A stretch of DNA of 62,589 nt, counting the filler. It is 9 parts of 9 records of this genome, joined end to end, with 100 filler letters (N's around TTAATTAATTAA, not from the genome) between each part and the next. Parts side by side here need not be neighbours in the genome. Positions count along the whole stretch, not along the records: positions 1 to 7,001 come from SRR7504441_5559; positions 7,102 to 15,142 come from SRR7504441_5568; 7 more parts are not named here. The stretch is one strand, 5' to 3'. Of this stretch, positions 1 through 9,134 are shown in pieces. Position 1 is the first letter of the stretch; every line of letters starts with the position of its first letter. The notes under the pieces were generated by a model that saw only the letters and a list, made by a program, of their open reading frames with translations, was not told the DNA's origin and did not search any database. Made by a program: the position numbers and the translations under genes.

Positions 1-77
1 ACGTCGTTGAATTCGCGCACCTTCTGCTCGCCGGAGCTGAGCTGGTGCCCCGTGTACACCGGCTGCTGTGCAGACAT
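1..77 (-). CDS. Possible 5' end of an unidentified gene running off the window (MSAQQPVYTGHQLSSGEQKVREFNRR)
   Basis: ATG at 77 with an open frame to the window edge; no recognisable motif. Confidence 0.25.
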   Translation of the reverse strand, partial: MSAQQPVYTGHQLSSGEQKVREFND

Positions 78-336
78 GATCAGCCAAACGGAATCCGGGA
101 GCCCGCGCTGTTAGCCTGTTACTGTACCTTAGCCGGCTCAACTTCTGCTTTGACTCTGCTTTGACGCGGCGCGATGCATCCGGCGCCAGAATGGGCGCTA
201 CACTGTACATTACATGCAATATGAAACGGACTCAAGTTTTAATATAGTATTCACGATTTGCACTCGCAAGAGCATGCACAATAGTACACAAATGGGTTGC
301 GAAGGACACTGTCAAATTCATAGACATCAATTGGAC

Positions 337-2383
337 CTAGATCAGGCTGGCACTCTTCTCGCCGGTCAGATTCTGCGTGCTTGCGAACTCGTCCGTGAGC
401 TGCTTGAACGACTCGTCCCACTTATTCGCAATCTGCGCATAGTACCTTACACACCAGAGCTCAGCGGCGTCTGTGTGCACAGCGCTCACTCTCTATTCGT
501 CTCTGCAAAGTTAAGCATCATCGTCTTAAAATCGCGCTCGCGATCCGTGTTGAAACGGGTCAGCTCCTCCGTCATCGAGTCCACCAAGTCGTCGTACTGT
601 TTCTTGGCGTCCGCCTGGCCCGCCCTCCGGCTCGCCCGAGAGCCCCGTCAAACCTCCTGCAGCTCCGCCTCGTGGATTTCCCGCATCAACTCCGCGGCCT
701 TGGCAGCCTTCCGCTGATCGGCCTTCACCCGCTCATAGTCTTTGAGCTTCTCCTGCACCCGGCCGGTGAGCCCGGCCGCTGTCGACACGCGACCTGGTGG
801 ATACTCCTTGAGGTCTGAAGTGAGACTATAGCCTTCTGTCGGTTCTGGCAGAGCTCGCCCACGGCGGAGAGCATCAGCACGGTGTCTGTGAGCATCGAGT
901 CGACTTGGAGCTCCTCAACCGACGCTTGCTCCCCCTCGAGCACACTCACCCGGTCGCACATGTCGCCCAGCATTGCCATCCCGTTCTTCAAGTGTCCCTG
1001 CTCGATATTCGCGTACGTGCTGAACCCTACACCTGCCCCCACTAATCAGCCTGCGCCAGCCCCGGCGCACCCAGCTCGGCGTGGGCCATCGAGAGCAGAC
1101 GGCGATGCATCACCAGCTTCTCAGTGTATCGTTTGAGTGTGACCACCTGGCTCGCGTGATCCCGCCCCGCAGGCTGCACCTGCCTGCTCCTTGAGCTCCT
1201 CTATCTTGGTGCGCTGCTCGTCGTACGCCGGGTCCGAGAACTCCTGCGGCGCCGATAGCGAGTTCGAAGCTGACTGCAGAGCCTCCTGCACAGCCCCCGG
1301 GCTCGCCGGCTGCAGCCGGCGCGCCGTGCCTTGAACCATCGGCCTATCCCGCCGCCCTGGTCGCCCTTCTTGGGCACGTCGACCGAGAGCCGCTTGGCCT
1401 GGTTGAGCGTCTCCTCGTTGGCCTCCAGAAAGGTCTGCAGATCCTCCGAGGTCTGCAGCGTCGGGTGTGACGCGATTCTGTTCAGGAACCTGCGCCCAGC
1501 CTGAATCTAACCGCAGCCCCCAGCCGACCGTTCGAGCGCGGCCCGCCTAAGAGAGATGAAATTGGGGTCGAAGTTGCCGGTGACTGCCTTCTCCGGGAGC
1601 GGCGGGATGATCACGTTCGGGTACCGCGCTTTGAGTTGGTTGTGAACCCAGACAAAATCAGAGTACCGATGGATCTGGGAAAACTCCTTCCAGGTGTACT
1701 GCGGGAGCGAGGTGCGCGTGTTGATCTTGTACGAGATGTACGACCCAAACCCGTCGCCTTGCTTCACTGGGTCCGTCACAGAGATCTGGTTCCGGCTCGC
1801 CCCGGCGCCACAGGCGGGCTGCACCTGCATTTTGGGCGCGGCCTCCGTGGCGTTGCCTTGGACCATCGCAGAGACAGCCTGCGCCGCGTTGGCGGCTGTG
1901 GCTTGTAACCCGCTCGCAATATTCTCCTGCCCGGCCAGTCAGCCCGCTGGGCCCCGCCAGTGCCGGCCGGCCAGCAAGCCCGGCGCGCACCGCGCTTGCT
2001 TGCAGGTCGCCCAGCCCAGGTGCGCTCTGCGTCAGGATCGAGGCCGCAGTGCCCACTGCCGGCCGGCTCGCCCGGGGCTGGGGGCACGCGCACCGTCTCC
2101 TGTCGACGGGAAGGAAGTCGGGAACGCGTCCTGTCGCCCGTTTAAGCCGGCGGCCCGGGGCTGCTGGGACCGCGGCCGTGTTGAACCCGCCGCCGAAGTC
2201 GGTCGAGGCCGAGAAGCTGTCCGGCACCCCCGAGAAGGAGCCGGTCGCAAACGGATTGTCTCCGAACTGAGCGCTGTTCTGCCGAACCACGGGGCTGGCC
2301 GCCGGCCCGGGCGAGGCGGAGACCTCGGTGGCGGGGAGGCCGCCGGCTGAGGTGAAGTCGTTGTTGCTCCCGTCGGCCATCAT
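337..2383 (-). CDS. PX-BAR sorting nexin (SNX1/2-Vps5-like), multi-exon
   Basis: PX motifs ISVTDPVK..YISYKI..HRYSDFVWVHNQL..IIPPLPEK..RRAALER|FLNRIASHPTL, then helical BAR exons ending ..EKSASLI* (TAG 337-339); about 10 short introns. Confidence 0.9.
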
Positions 2384-2510
2384 GATGCCGGCCGGGCGCA
2401 ATCAGAGCCGGACCACAAGCTGTTTCCCCGCACCCTGTCAGCGACAGTCGAAGCGCTGCCGGTCTTCAAGTTTCCGTTGCTCGGTGCCTGCCTCAGCTCG
2501 TGGGACCACC

Positions 2511-3860
2511 ATGCTGATGCGTCCGCTCGCTGCCAGCGCGCTGCTGCTACTGGTCGGGGCGGCCGGGGCCAGCCCGTCGCTGCCGTTTCCGTCGATGATC
2601 TTCTTCGAGAACGGCACGGCGGACCGGGCGGCCGAGGCGGCTATGCATCGGGACCAGGTGGGCTTCGCGGGACACTACCAGCTCGCGATCGCCGGCTGGG
2701 GCGAGGACGCGGCCTCCCAGCCGGTGCTGCAGCAGGAGGAGCAGAAGCTGGCCAACATCAGCCAGATGATCAAGGCCGCCAGCCCCGGCACCCGCACCGC
2801 GGTGTACGCCGGCCAGTTCGAAATGGCGGTCGCGCACTATGACCTGCAGCGGGCGGCCATGCGGGACCCTGCCTACCAAGGGATGTTCCTGCATGACGAC
2901 GCCGGCCGGCTGATCGAGCAGGGCGACAACTATCTCTGGGATTTCCGGAACGCCACTGCGGTCAAGTTCCACACCGAGCAGGTAACCGGCTACTTTGCCC
3001 GGGCCCCGCACGTCGACGCGGTCTTCTTCGACGAGGGAGACGCGCTGGCCTGCCAGTATAATTGCAAGGTCCACGGCACATGTAAGAGCATGCCTAACGC
3101 CACCGCCTGGCACCAGGGTGCCATCCAGGCCTGGCTGGGAGCGGCCAGGATCATGGCAAGCGCAGGCAAGCGCGCAATCCTCTCCAGTCAGAACGCGTTC
3201 ACGGCCACCAGCCCGGAGCTGTGGAAGGAGCGCCCGCCCAGCGGCTGCCCGCTCAAGGAGGAGGTGGCCGCCAAGGCGATGGCCAACGCGGGCGTGCCGT
3301 GGATCCGGTTCTATGAGTACTGGCTGGTTCCCGAGCAATTTGGCGGCGGCAGCGCGCCCAAGGACGGCTGGCTCCCCGGCCAGAAGTCCCAGACCTGGCT
3401 CTTCTGCCGGAACCAGGTGGCGAATGCAATCGAGGAGGGCAAGCGGCCCAACATCCACTTTGTTGCAGCCGGAACCTCTGCGCTCCCTGGCTGGGGCACA
3501 GCCGACCGTATTAAAGCGCTCGAGTTCTCGCTGGCAGGGTTCCTGATCGCCCGGTCCCGTCCAGAGGTCGCCGGGGCCGGTGGGCCGTGGTCGCCCGGTC
3601 AGGATTTCTTTGGGTTTGATCACCAATTCCACTTTCCCAACAGCCAGAACTGCAGCCACACCAGGTGGGGCGATTGCAGCCACAACTGGGCAGAGGTGTC
3701 GGCCGCGTACGCCCGGGACTACGGCACGCCTGTGGAGGACGCGGTGGAGCTGGGGGGCGGGTCGGGCCGGTTCTTCCGGCCGTATACTAACGTGAACATT
3801 ACTTTTGATTGTGGCAAGTCCGGGCCGTCTGGCGCGACATACCAATGGCTGAAGCACTAG
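2511..3860 (+). CDS. Secreted glycoside-hydrolase-like (putative TIM-barrel) protein, intronless
   Basis: Signal peptide MLMRPLAASALLLLVGAAGA; motifs WDFRN, VDAVFFDE, FSLAGFLI, DYGTP..FFRPY shared with the paralog at 36197-37528. Confidence 0.65.
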   Translation: MLMRPLAASALLLLVGAAGASPSLPFPSMIFFENGTADRAAEAAMHRDQVGFAGHYQLAIAGWGEDAASQPVLQQEEQKLANISQMIKAASPGTRTAVYAGQFEMAVAHYDLQRAAMRDPAYQGMFLHDDAGRLIEQGDNYLWDFRNATAVKFHTEQVTGYFARAPHVDAVFFDEGDALACQYNCKVHGTCKSMPNATAWHQGAIQAWLGAARIMASAGKRAILSSQNAFTATSPELWKERPPSGCPLKEEVAAKAMANAGVPWIRFYEYWLVPEQFGGGSAPKDGWLPGQKSQTWLFCRNQVANAIEEGKRPNIHFVAAGTSALPGWGTADRIKALEFSLAGFLIARSRPEVAGAGGPWSPGQDFFGFDHQFHFPNSQNCSHTRWGDCSHNWAEVSAAYARDYGTPVEDAVELGGGSGRFFRPYTNVNITFDCGKSGPSGATYQWLKH

Positions 3861-4036
3861 TAATGGCCCGTGTGCGCTGTATCCGGATGCCTTAATGTTA
3901 ACCCCCTTTCGTTTCCCGAAAGTTTGCGAACATAAAATTTTGTACTTGTACGAGTACGAGTACTCATAGTGTCGGATCTATACGAGGACGAGCTCTGATC
4001 TATACGAGGACGTAGTGCCGTCAGCAACGCCGGAGG

Positions 4037-4630
4037 CTAGCGTACGACCTTGAACCCGGGCTTGTGGCAGGGTGCGCCCGCCGGGGCCCTCTGGGGGAGC
4101 ATCTGCGGCCCGAGGCTACCGGTGGGCCGCGGCTTGGGTCGGAGTGTGCCGTCAGCCAGCTCCACCGACACATGCTCGGTCCTGATCAGTGGGCTGCAGC
4201 CCACCACCAGCACCATCCCCAGCACCAGCACCGCCCCCAGCTCCCATAACGGTGCCGCCTGCCCCTCGACCGCCTCCGCTTCCTCCCCGAAGAAGAACGA
4301 CGACCGCTTTAACCAGCCCCGCCGCCGCCGGTGGTCTTTTAGGCTAGGCCGCGCCCGGTCGGGCCGCGCACCGGCTGCCGGGCCGGTGCTCGTGGGCTGG
4401 CCGCCAGCTGCCGGGCTGGTGCTGGCCGAGCGGGCCGACGAGATGGGAGTCCACTTGTCCGGATCCGGACTGATCCATTTCGCCGTCCTGTCCTCGGCGC
4501 CGGCCGAGCCCTCGAGGAGGCTTTCGAAGATATAGCGGCCCTGCCGAAACGCGAGGTAGCCCAGGCAGCCCACCCAGGCGACGCTGACCACCACCAGCAG
4601 CCCCCACCGCAAAGGCGACTGTCGCGGCAT
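4037..4630 (-). CDS. Hypothetical protein with two hydrophobic segments
   Basis: Open frame with WGLLVVVSVAWVGCLGYLAF and LGAVLVLGMVLVVGC; divergent from the 4910 gene. Confidence 0.5.
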   Translation of the reverse strand: MPRQSPLRWGLLVVVSVAWVGCLGYLAFRQGRYIFESLLEGSAGAEDRTAKWISPDPDKWTPISSARSASTSPAAGGQPTSTGPAAGARPDRARPSLKDHRRRRGWLKRSSFFFGEEAEAVEGQAAPLWELGAVLVLGMVLVVGCSPLIRTEHVSVELADGTLRPKPRPTGSLGPQMLPQRAPAGAPCHKPGFKVVR

Positions 4631-4909
4631 CGGCCGGCAGCTCGCTCCACCCAACCCTCTCCGCGCGCTCCAACGGAAGTGATCGCTCCGTCGAGCGACT
4701 CGAGCCACAAGATGAGGTGCGCAACGCCCCGGGCCGGGTTCTGGCTGCTGAGCCGCGTGGCTCCCGCCGCTATCGGCCTATGATTGAACATGTATCAGTA
4801 TCGCTGGCTGAGTCCACACGCTGAGGATAGATCGTATCACTGAGGCCCGCTCCCCAACCTGCCGGCCCCCCGCCCCCGCCCTCTTCCCTGACCGACTGGT
4901 GGCAGGCCC

Positions 4910-7001
4910 ATGCCGCTCTGGCTCGCGCTGACCTGCCTGGCCGGTGCGGCGGCCCAGCAGTTCCCGCCCGGCAGCTCCGGAGATCCGAATTTCCCAGGAG
5001 CCCGCACGCCCGTCCCGGCGCCCGTCCAGTCGCCGGCCGCCTCGCCCGCCCCCACAGGGCTGAGTGATCCTTCGACCACCACCAGCCCCAGCGCCGCCCC
5101 AAGCCCGCCGGCCGCCGGGAACGGGGCCCGAGTGGCGGCCAGCCCTGTGGACGCCAGCCCCGTGCCGCCCAACTGCGCGTCACACCTGGCGGCGCTGGCA
5201 ATGGATGACGAGGCCGCGCCATCAGGCCCGACCGCCGGGGCGGTTATAGACTTGCAACGGTTCGACTCGGTGCTCTGGGTGCCGGCCTCGGCCGAGGAGA
5301 AGGATGGGTATTACAAGGTGGCGCTGTGCGGGGCGATAGATCACTACAGCTGCAAGCACTCGCCTTGCACCGATCCGACGCAGCTGACCCAAGATGCCGA
5401 GTTTGGAAAGTTCAGCGGGGTGGGCCCGGCCGTTCTCGAGGACGACGACCAAGTGGCCATGATCACCCTGTCTAACATATCGTTTGCGGGAGGCAGCGCC
5501 AATAGCTGCGGCAAGCACGCAGGCAGCCTCGTCACAGTCCACTGCAACACGCCGGCCCCCACAGACTGCGCGTGCCAGCAGGACACCTGCGTGTGCTCGC
5601 CCTCGATCGAGAGCTGCGATGGCGAGTTCGGTGGGCGGCCCAACTTCCAGGTGTATATAGATGGGTGTGATCAGGGCTCGGTGGCGCGGCACGGGTTCAA
5701 CATTGGAACGAGCACTGGGCTGCGTGACGTGGTCAAGGATGGATGGTTCGTGGGGCACCAGCTCGGGAACATCCCGGCTGAGATGACCAACGTCTCGTTC
5801 TACCTCTGGCTCGAAGACGGCTCGCGCCCGATGTACTACCAGGAACCTGCGATGAATGCCACCGACTTCCTAGGCAAAGTCAAGCTTTCTTTCGAGGGAA
5901 GCGCCGTCGCCGGTGGGCTGCTCACTTCAGCGGCTCCGGTCAAACTGGCGGTCGAATTTGCGTGCGAGGGGGCCGAGAGCGTGTCCACTGTGCACATTAA
6001 CGTGGCGATTCCGCCCTATCTGCCGGTCGACTTTAGCTTCTCGAAACTGTGCCCATTCACCAAGGGTCCCGCCCAGCCACCGGTCGACGTGATCGCCCGA
6101 GTGTCTTCAGTGGCCACCGGCACCTTCGGGCTGGCCGTGCTGCTGATCACTTGGGTCCCAACTGACCAGAGCGATGCAGTCACCGGTTACGAACTCCGTG
6201 CCTCGCTAGCCGACGGAGCAGCGTTCCCTGATCGAGTATTCAAGGTGCGCTCTCGCCGGCGGCAGGCTGATCCGGGGTGCTGCAGCTGGATCAGCTGCAC
6301 GCGACCGGGGCCAAACTGAGCTGCACGGTCCAGCTGCCTGCAGGAGAGGACTACGTCTTCCAGGTGGCCACCAGGACTGCGGCTGGCACCGGGCGCTTCT
6401 CGACTAAATCCGCGGTGCTCTCGATTGCCAAGGGGACGTACAACGTTGTGCAGACCCCGTGGGCCGCGGGAACCCGGCCGCCCACGTAAGAGTCGGCTGA
6501 GTGGGGCGGGCTGATTGTGTGCAGGCCGGTCTCCCAGAGCCATACACCAGCTGCCGCCCGACAGATCAATGTCTCGACTGTCGGCTCAGATAGCATGTAC
6601 TACAGCCGGCTAGTGCTTCTCTGGTCCATGCTGCTGTGCCTGCTATGCTGTATATGTGGCTGCGTCTACAACGCCGGGACTGGACAGCACGGGTGAGCCG
6701 CCCGCTGAGCCGCCGAGCTGAGCCGTGCTCGAAGGATTGATATCATCCCTGGGGGCTCGGTCGTCCACAAAGTGCACGGCGCCCTGAGGAGGAGAGAGTT
6801 CGCGACAGTGCCACAGAGCGAAGAGGTGCGGCGCGCCGGAATGAGCTATGATGGCTGGCTGCAGGAGCACAACCAGATGGCGGCAACCAACACAGGGTTT
6901 GAGCCGGAAGCATACCAGTTTCAGCCGAGATATGCGGATGTGAGAAGAGGTGGTCAGATGTCTACGGTCATTGACGACAAAGTACCTAGCAGTTATCAAG
7001 A
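4910..7001 (+). CDS. Type I membrane protein: signal peptide, P/S/T-rich stalk, MRH-like Cys domain, FN3 domain, TM helix, CD-MPR/ATG27-like tail; cut by linker
   Basis: YYKVALC..C..FAGGSANSC..SLVTVHC (MRH-like); ITWVP..VTGYEL..YVFQVATRTAAGTGRFS (FN3) after splicing; LVLLWSMLLCLLCCICGCVYN..G.HG|IDIIP. Confidence 0.65.
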
Positions 7002-7101
7002 NNNNNNNNNNNNNNNNNNNNNNNNNNNNNNNNNNNNNNNNNNNNTTAATTAATTAANNNNNNNNNNNNNNNNNNNNNNNNNNNNNNNNNNNNNNNNNNN
7101 N
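7002..7101. other. Artificial contig linker (44N-TTAATTAATTAA-44N)
   Basis: Identical 100-bp spacer with stops in all six frames, seen 8 times. Confidence 0.98.
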
Positions 7102-7208
7102 GTTGGCTATGTGGCAATCCGTGTATTGCCGGATTGGGCAGATTTCAACGGAAATTGGCGTTATTCTGGTCTCCTTCTTGCAGGTCCTCCTCGAGCGCGC
7201 GTACCAGC

Positions 7209-7883
7209 ATGAACGCCGCAAGCGCAGAGACCCCCCGTCTGGCCGAGGTCAAGAGCGAGCCTCGGCAGGAGGTCGACGGGGGCGGCGCTTGCTTAGACAT
7301 GCCCGGCGGACTCGGCTGCGAAGCCGGTCCGTTGGTCCTGTTCTCCGGAGAGAAGAACACGGACCGACTCCGCCGGAACCGGGAGAGCGCCAAGCGATGC
7401 CGGCTCCGGAGGAAGCAATACATCCAGGGGGTTGAAGCCAAGTGCAAGGCGCTTCAAACCGAGAACGACAGCCTGTCCAACGAGAATAGGAGACTGCAGC
7501 AGCTCGTCCGTCAGATGATGGACCAGGGCGGCTGCATCCACGATACCGACCAAAGCCCATGTGCGAAACGCATCAAGCTCGAGAACGGGGTCACCGCGGC
7601 CGACTTTCAGCATGAGTCCGCAGACACTCATTACTCCCAGCAGCAGGAGACTGTAACCGATCCGCTGGCCAGAGTGACCACCATTCTGTTTTTGATAGCG
7701 TCAACACACTTGGTATCGAACCTCTTGACGACTGCCTGGACGCAAGCGACGCTTGCAACTCGGAGCTCGACGATGCCGCCAAGCCCGAGCCCTGTCCAGG
7801 GCTGCTCCAAGACCCTTGCATCTGGCTCGATGACATGGTGGTCGAGGGGCTCTTGCAATGATTTCCATAGACCAATTAGCTGA
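7209..7883 (+). CDS. bZIP transcription factor, XBP1/HAC1/bZIP60-like (unspliced frame ends 7883; IRE1-spliced frame ends 7861)
   Basis: Basic region RLRRNRESAKRCRLRRKQYI plus zipper; ESA motif at twin CNG^CAG hairpins; hydrophobic unspliced tail. Confidence 0.85.
   Translation: MNAASAETPRLAEVKSEPRQEVDGGGACLDMPGGLGCEAGPLVLFSGEKNTDRLRRNRESAKRCRLRRKQYIQGVEAKCKALQTENDSLSNENRRLQQLVRQMMDQGGCIHDTDQSPCAKRIKLENGVTAADFQHESADTHYSQQQETVTDPLARVTTILFLIASTHLVSNLLTTAWTQATLATRSSTMPPSPSPVQGCSKTLASGSMTWWSRGSCNDFHRPIS
7612..7649 (+). promoter_or_regulatory. IRE1-type twin stem-loop splice signal; 20-nt non-spliceosomal intron 7621-7640
   Basis: ATGAGT-CCG^CAGAC-ACTCAT and CTCC-CAG^CAGCA-GGAG; excision gives HESAAG.. 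and an open acidic frame. Confidence 0.8.
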
Positions 7884-8270
7884 CCAGTGGACAGGCCGGC
7901 TCGGCGCGAGCCCGGCCCGGCCGACATGTAGGACGCGCACGCGCGACGAGTTCTCAGGAGAATGGAGAGGACTGGCTAACTATAGAAGACTAGATGATTG
8001 CCTGGACAAGTCCCGAGCTTTTGTGCAAGAGGACTAAGTTTCAGGCCGAGCCAACGGATGGAGTTGCAGGGTCGGTTCGTGTTCCCTTCTGGAGAGCGGA
8101 CCGAATGCTGCGCCTGGCCTGTTTGGGTTGCGTTGATGTATAGAGTAGGCGGATAGTGACATTGATTTTACGTATGTAGAGTGTAAAGCTTTCTTGTATA
8201 CAAGTGTTTTCGCGACTATTTACAATTAGTATACGTATCTGATAAGCAAACCGGATCGGATCCCACGTCG

Positions 8271-9101
8271 CTACAGATCAAACGCGCGCGCCACTCGCTC
8301 GCCGAGCTCTACTATGTTCGCCCTCTGGAGCAAGTAAGTCCCTTGCACTGCCAATGCGAGCTCCAGCCCTTCCCCATCTTCAGCCGTCGGGGGACTAGCC
8401 TTCCCAACAGGCGTCCTCCCGGTCGGCGACCCGAGCCTCCTCGGCCCCGGGCTGTGCTCGGCCTTGCTTCTGACCTGACTGGCTTGCCGCGACTCGACTT
8501 GCGTGCATGTATCAGCGCTGTGCAAGCTGTGCCGCTGCAGCAATCGCCGTCGGGCCAGCTCAGCCCGTCTGCGCCAGCGCTGCACCAGCTGGCTCATCGC
8601 CCCCCGTCGCGCGCGCCATGCCAGCCTGCCCATTTGCTTCGCTGCCCCCCTCCTGGCCCGCCACGGCCACGCCCGCTGCTCCAGCTCCAGCTCCGCCAGC
8701 CTGCGCTCAGCTTCGACCAGCCGCCGCACCATCCGGGCGGCCTCCCCCTGCAGATCCTTTACCCGGGCCTGCTGCGCCGACAGGGCCTCCCTGTAGGCCT
8801 CCAGCTCGGCTCCCGACGGCCAGCTCGCTCGGGACCCGGCCTGCAGCTCAAGCCGCTCCTGCACCTGCCGGATCAGCTCCAGCTGCTCGCCCGCCTCCAG
8901 CTCCCGCGCCGATTGCTCCACCGCCACCGCCTCCCAGCGGAGCTTGTGCGCCGACTCGACCGCCGCCATGAGCTGCCGTACCGTCCGCTCCAGCTCGGCC
9001 GTGCGCTCGTCGGGCGCCGCGGGAGCTAGTTGCTCCGCGCACGCCCGCAGCGCGGACACCTCCTCCCGCCCTCGACCGGCCACTGACGCGCTGCGGCCCA
9101 T
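8271..9101 (-). CDS. Hypothetical coiled-coil protein
   Basis: 276-aa E/Q/R/A/L-rich heptad-like ORF starting with ATG; may contain short in-frame introns. Confidence 0.55.
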   Translation of the reverse strand: MGRSASVAGRGREEVSALRACAEQLAPAAPDERTAELERTVRQLMAAVESAHKLRWEAVAVEQSARELEAGEQLELIRQVQERLELQAGSRASWPSGAELEAYREALSAQQARVKDLQGEAARMVRRLVEAERRLAELELEQRAWPWRARRGAAKQMGRLAWRARRGAMSQLVQRWRRRAELARRRLLQRHSLHSADTCTQVESRQASQVRSKAEHSPGPRRLGSPTGRTPVGKASPPTAEDGEGLELALAVQGTYLLQRANIVELGERVARAFDL

Positions 9102-9134
9102 CTCAGGCAGGCGGGCGCCGGGGGCTCACCGGGC

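Noticed and set aside
2547-3857. Long antisense or alternative-frame ORFs (here and at 58001-58861, 53453-54484, 55829-56398 and others)
   Set aside because: Expected shadows of GC3-rich coding sequence; no motifs
7990-8032. SECIS-like ATGA..AA..GA pattern downstream of the bZIP gene
   Set aside because: Helix II pairing is poor and there is no plausible Sec codon (read-through of TGA 7859 adds only two residues before TAG)
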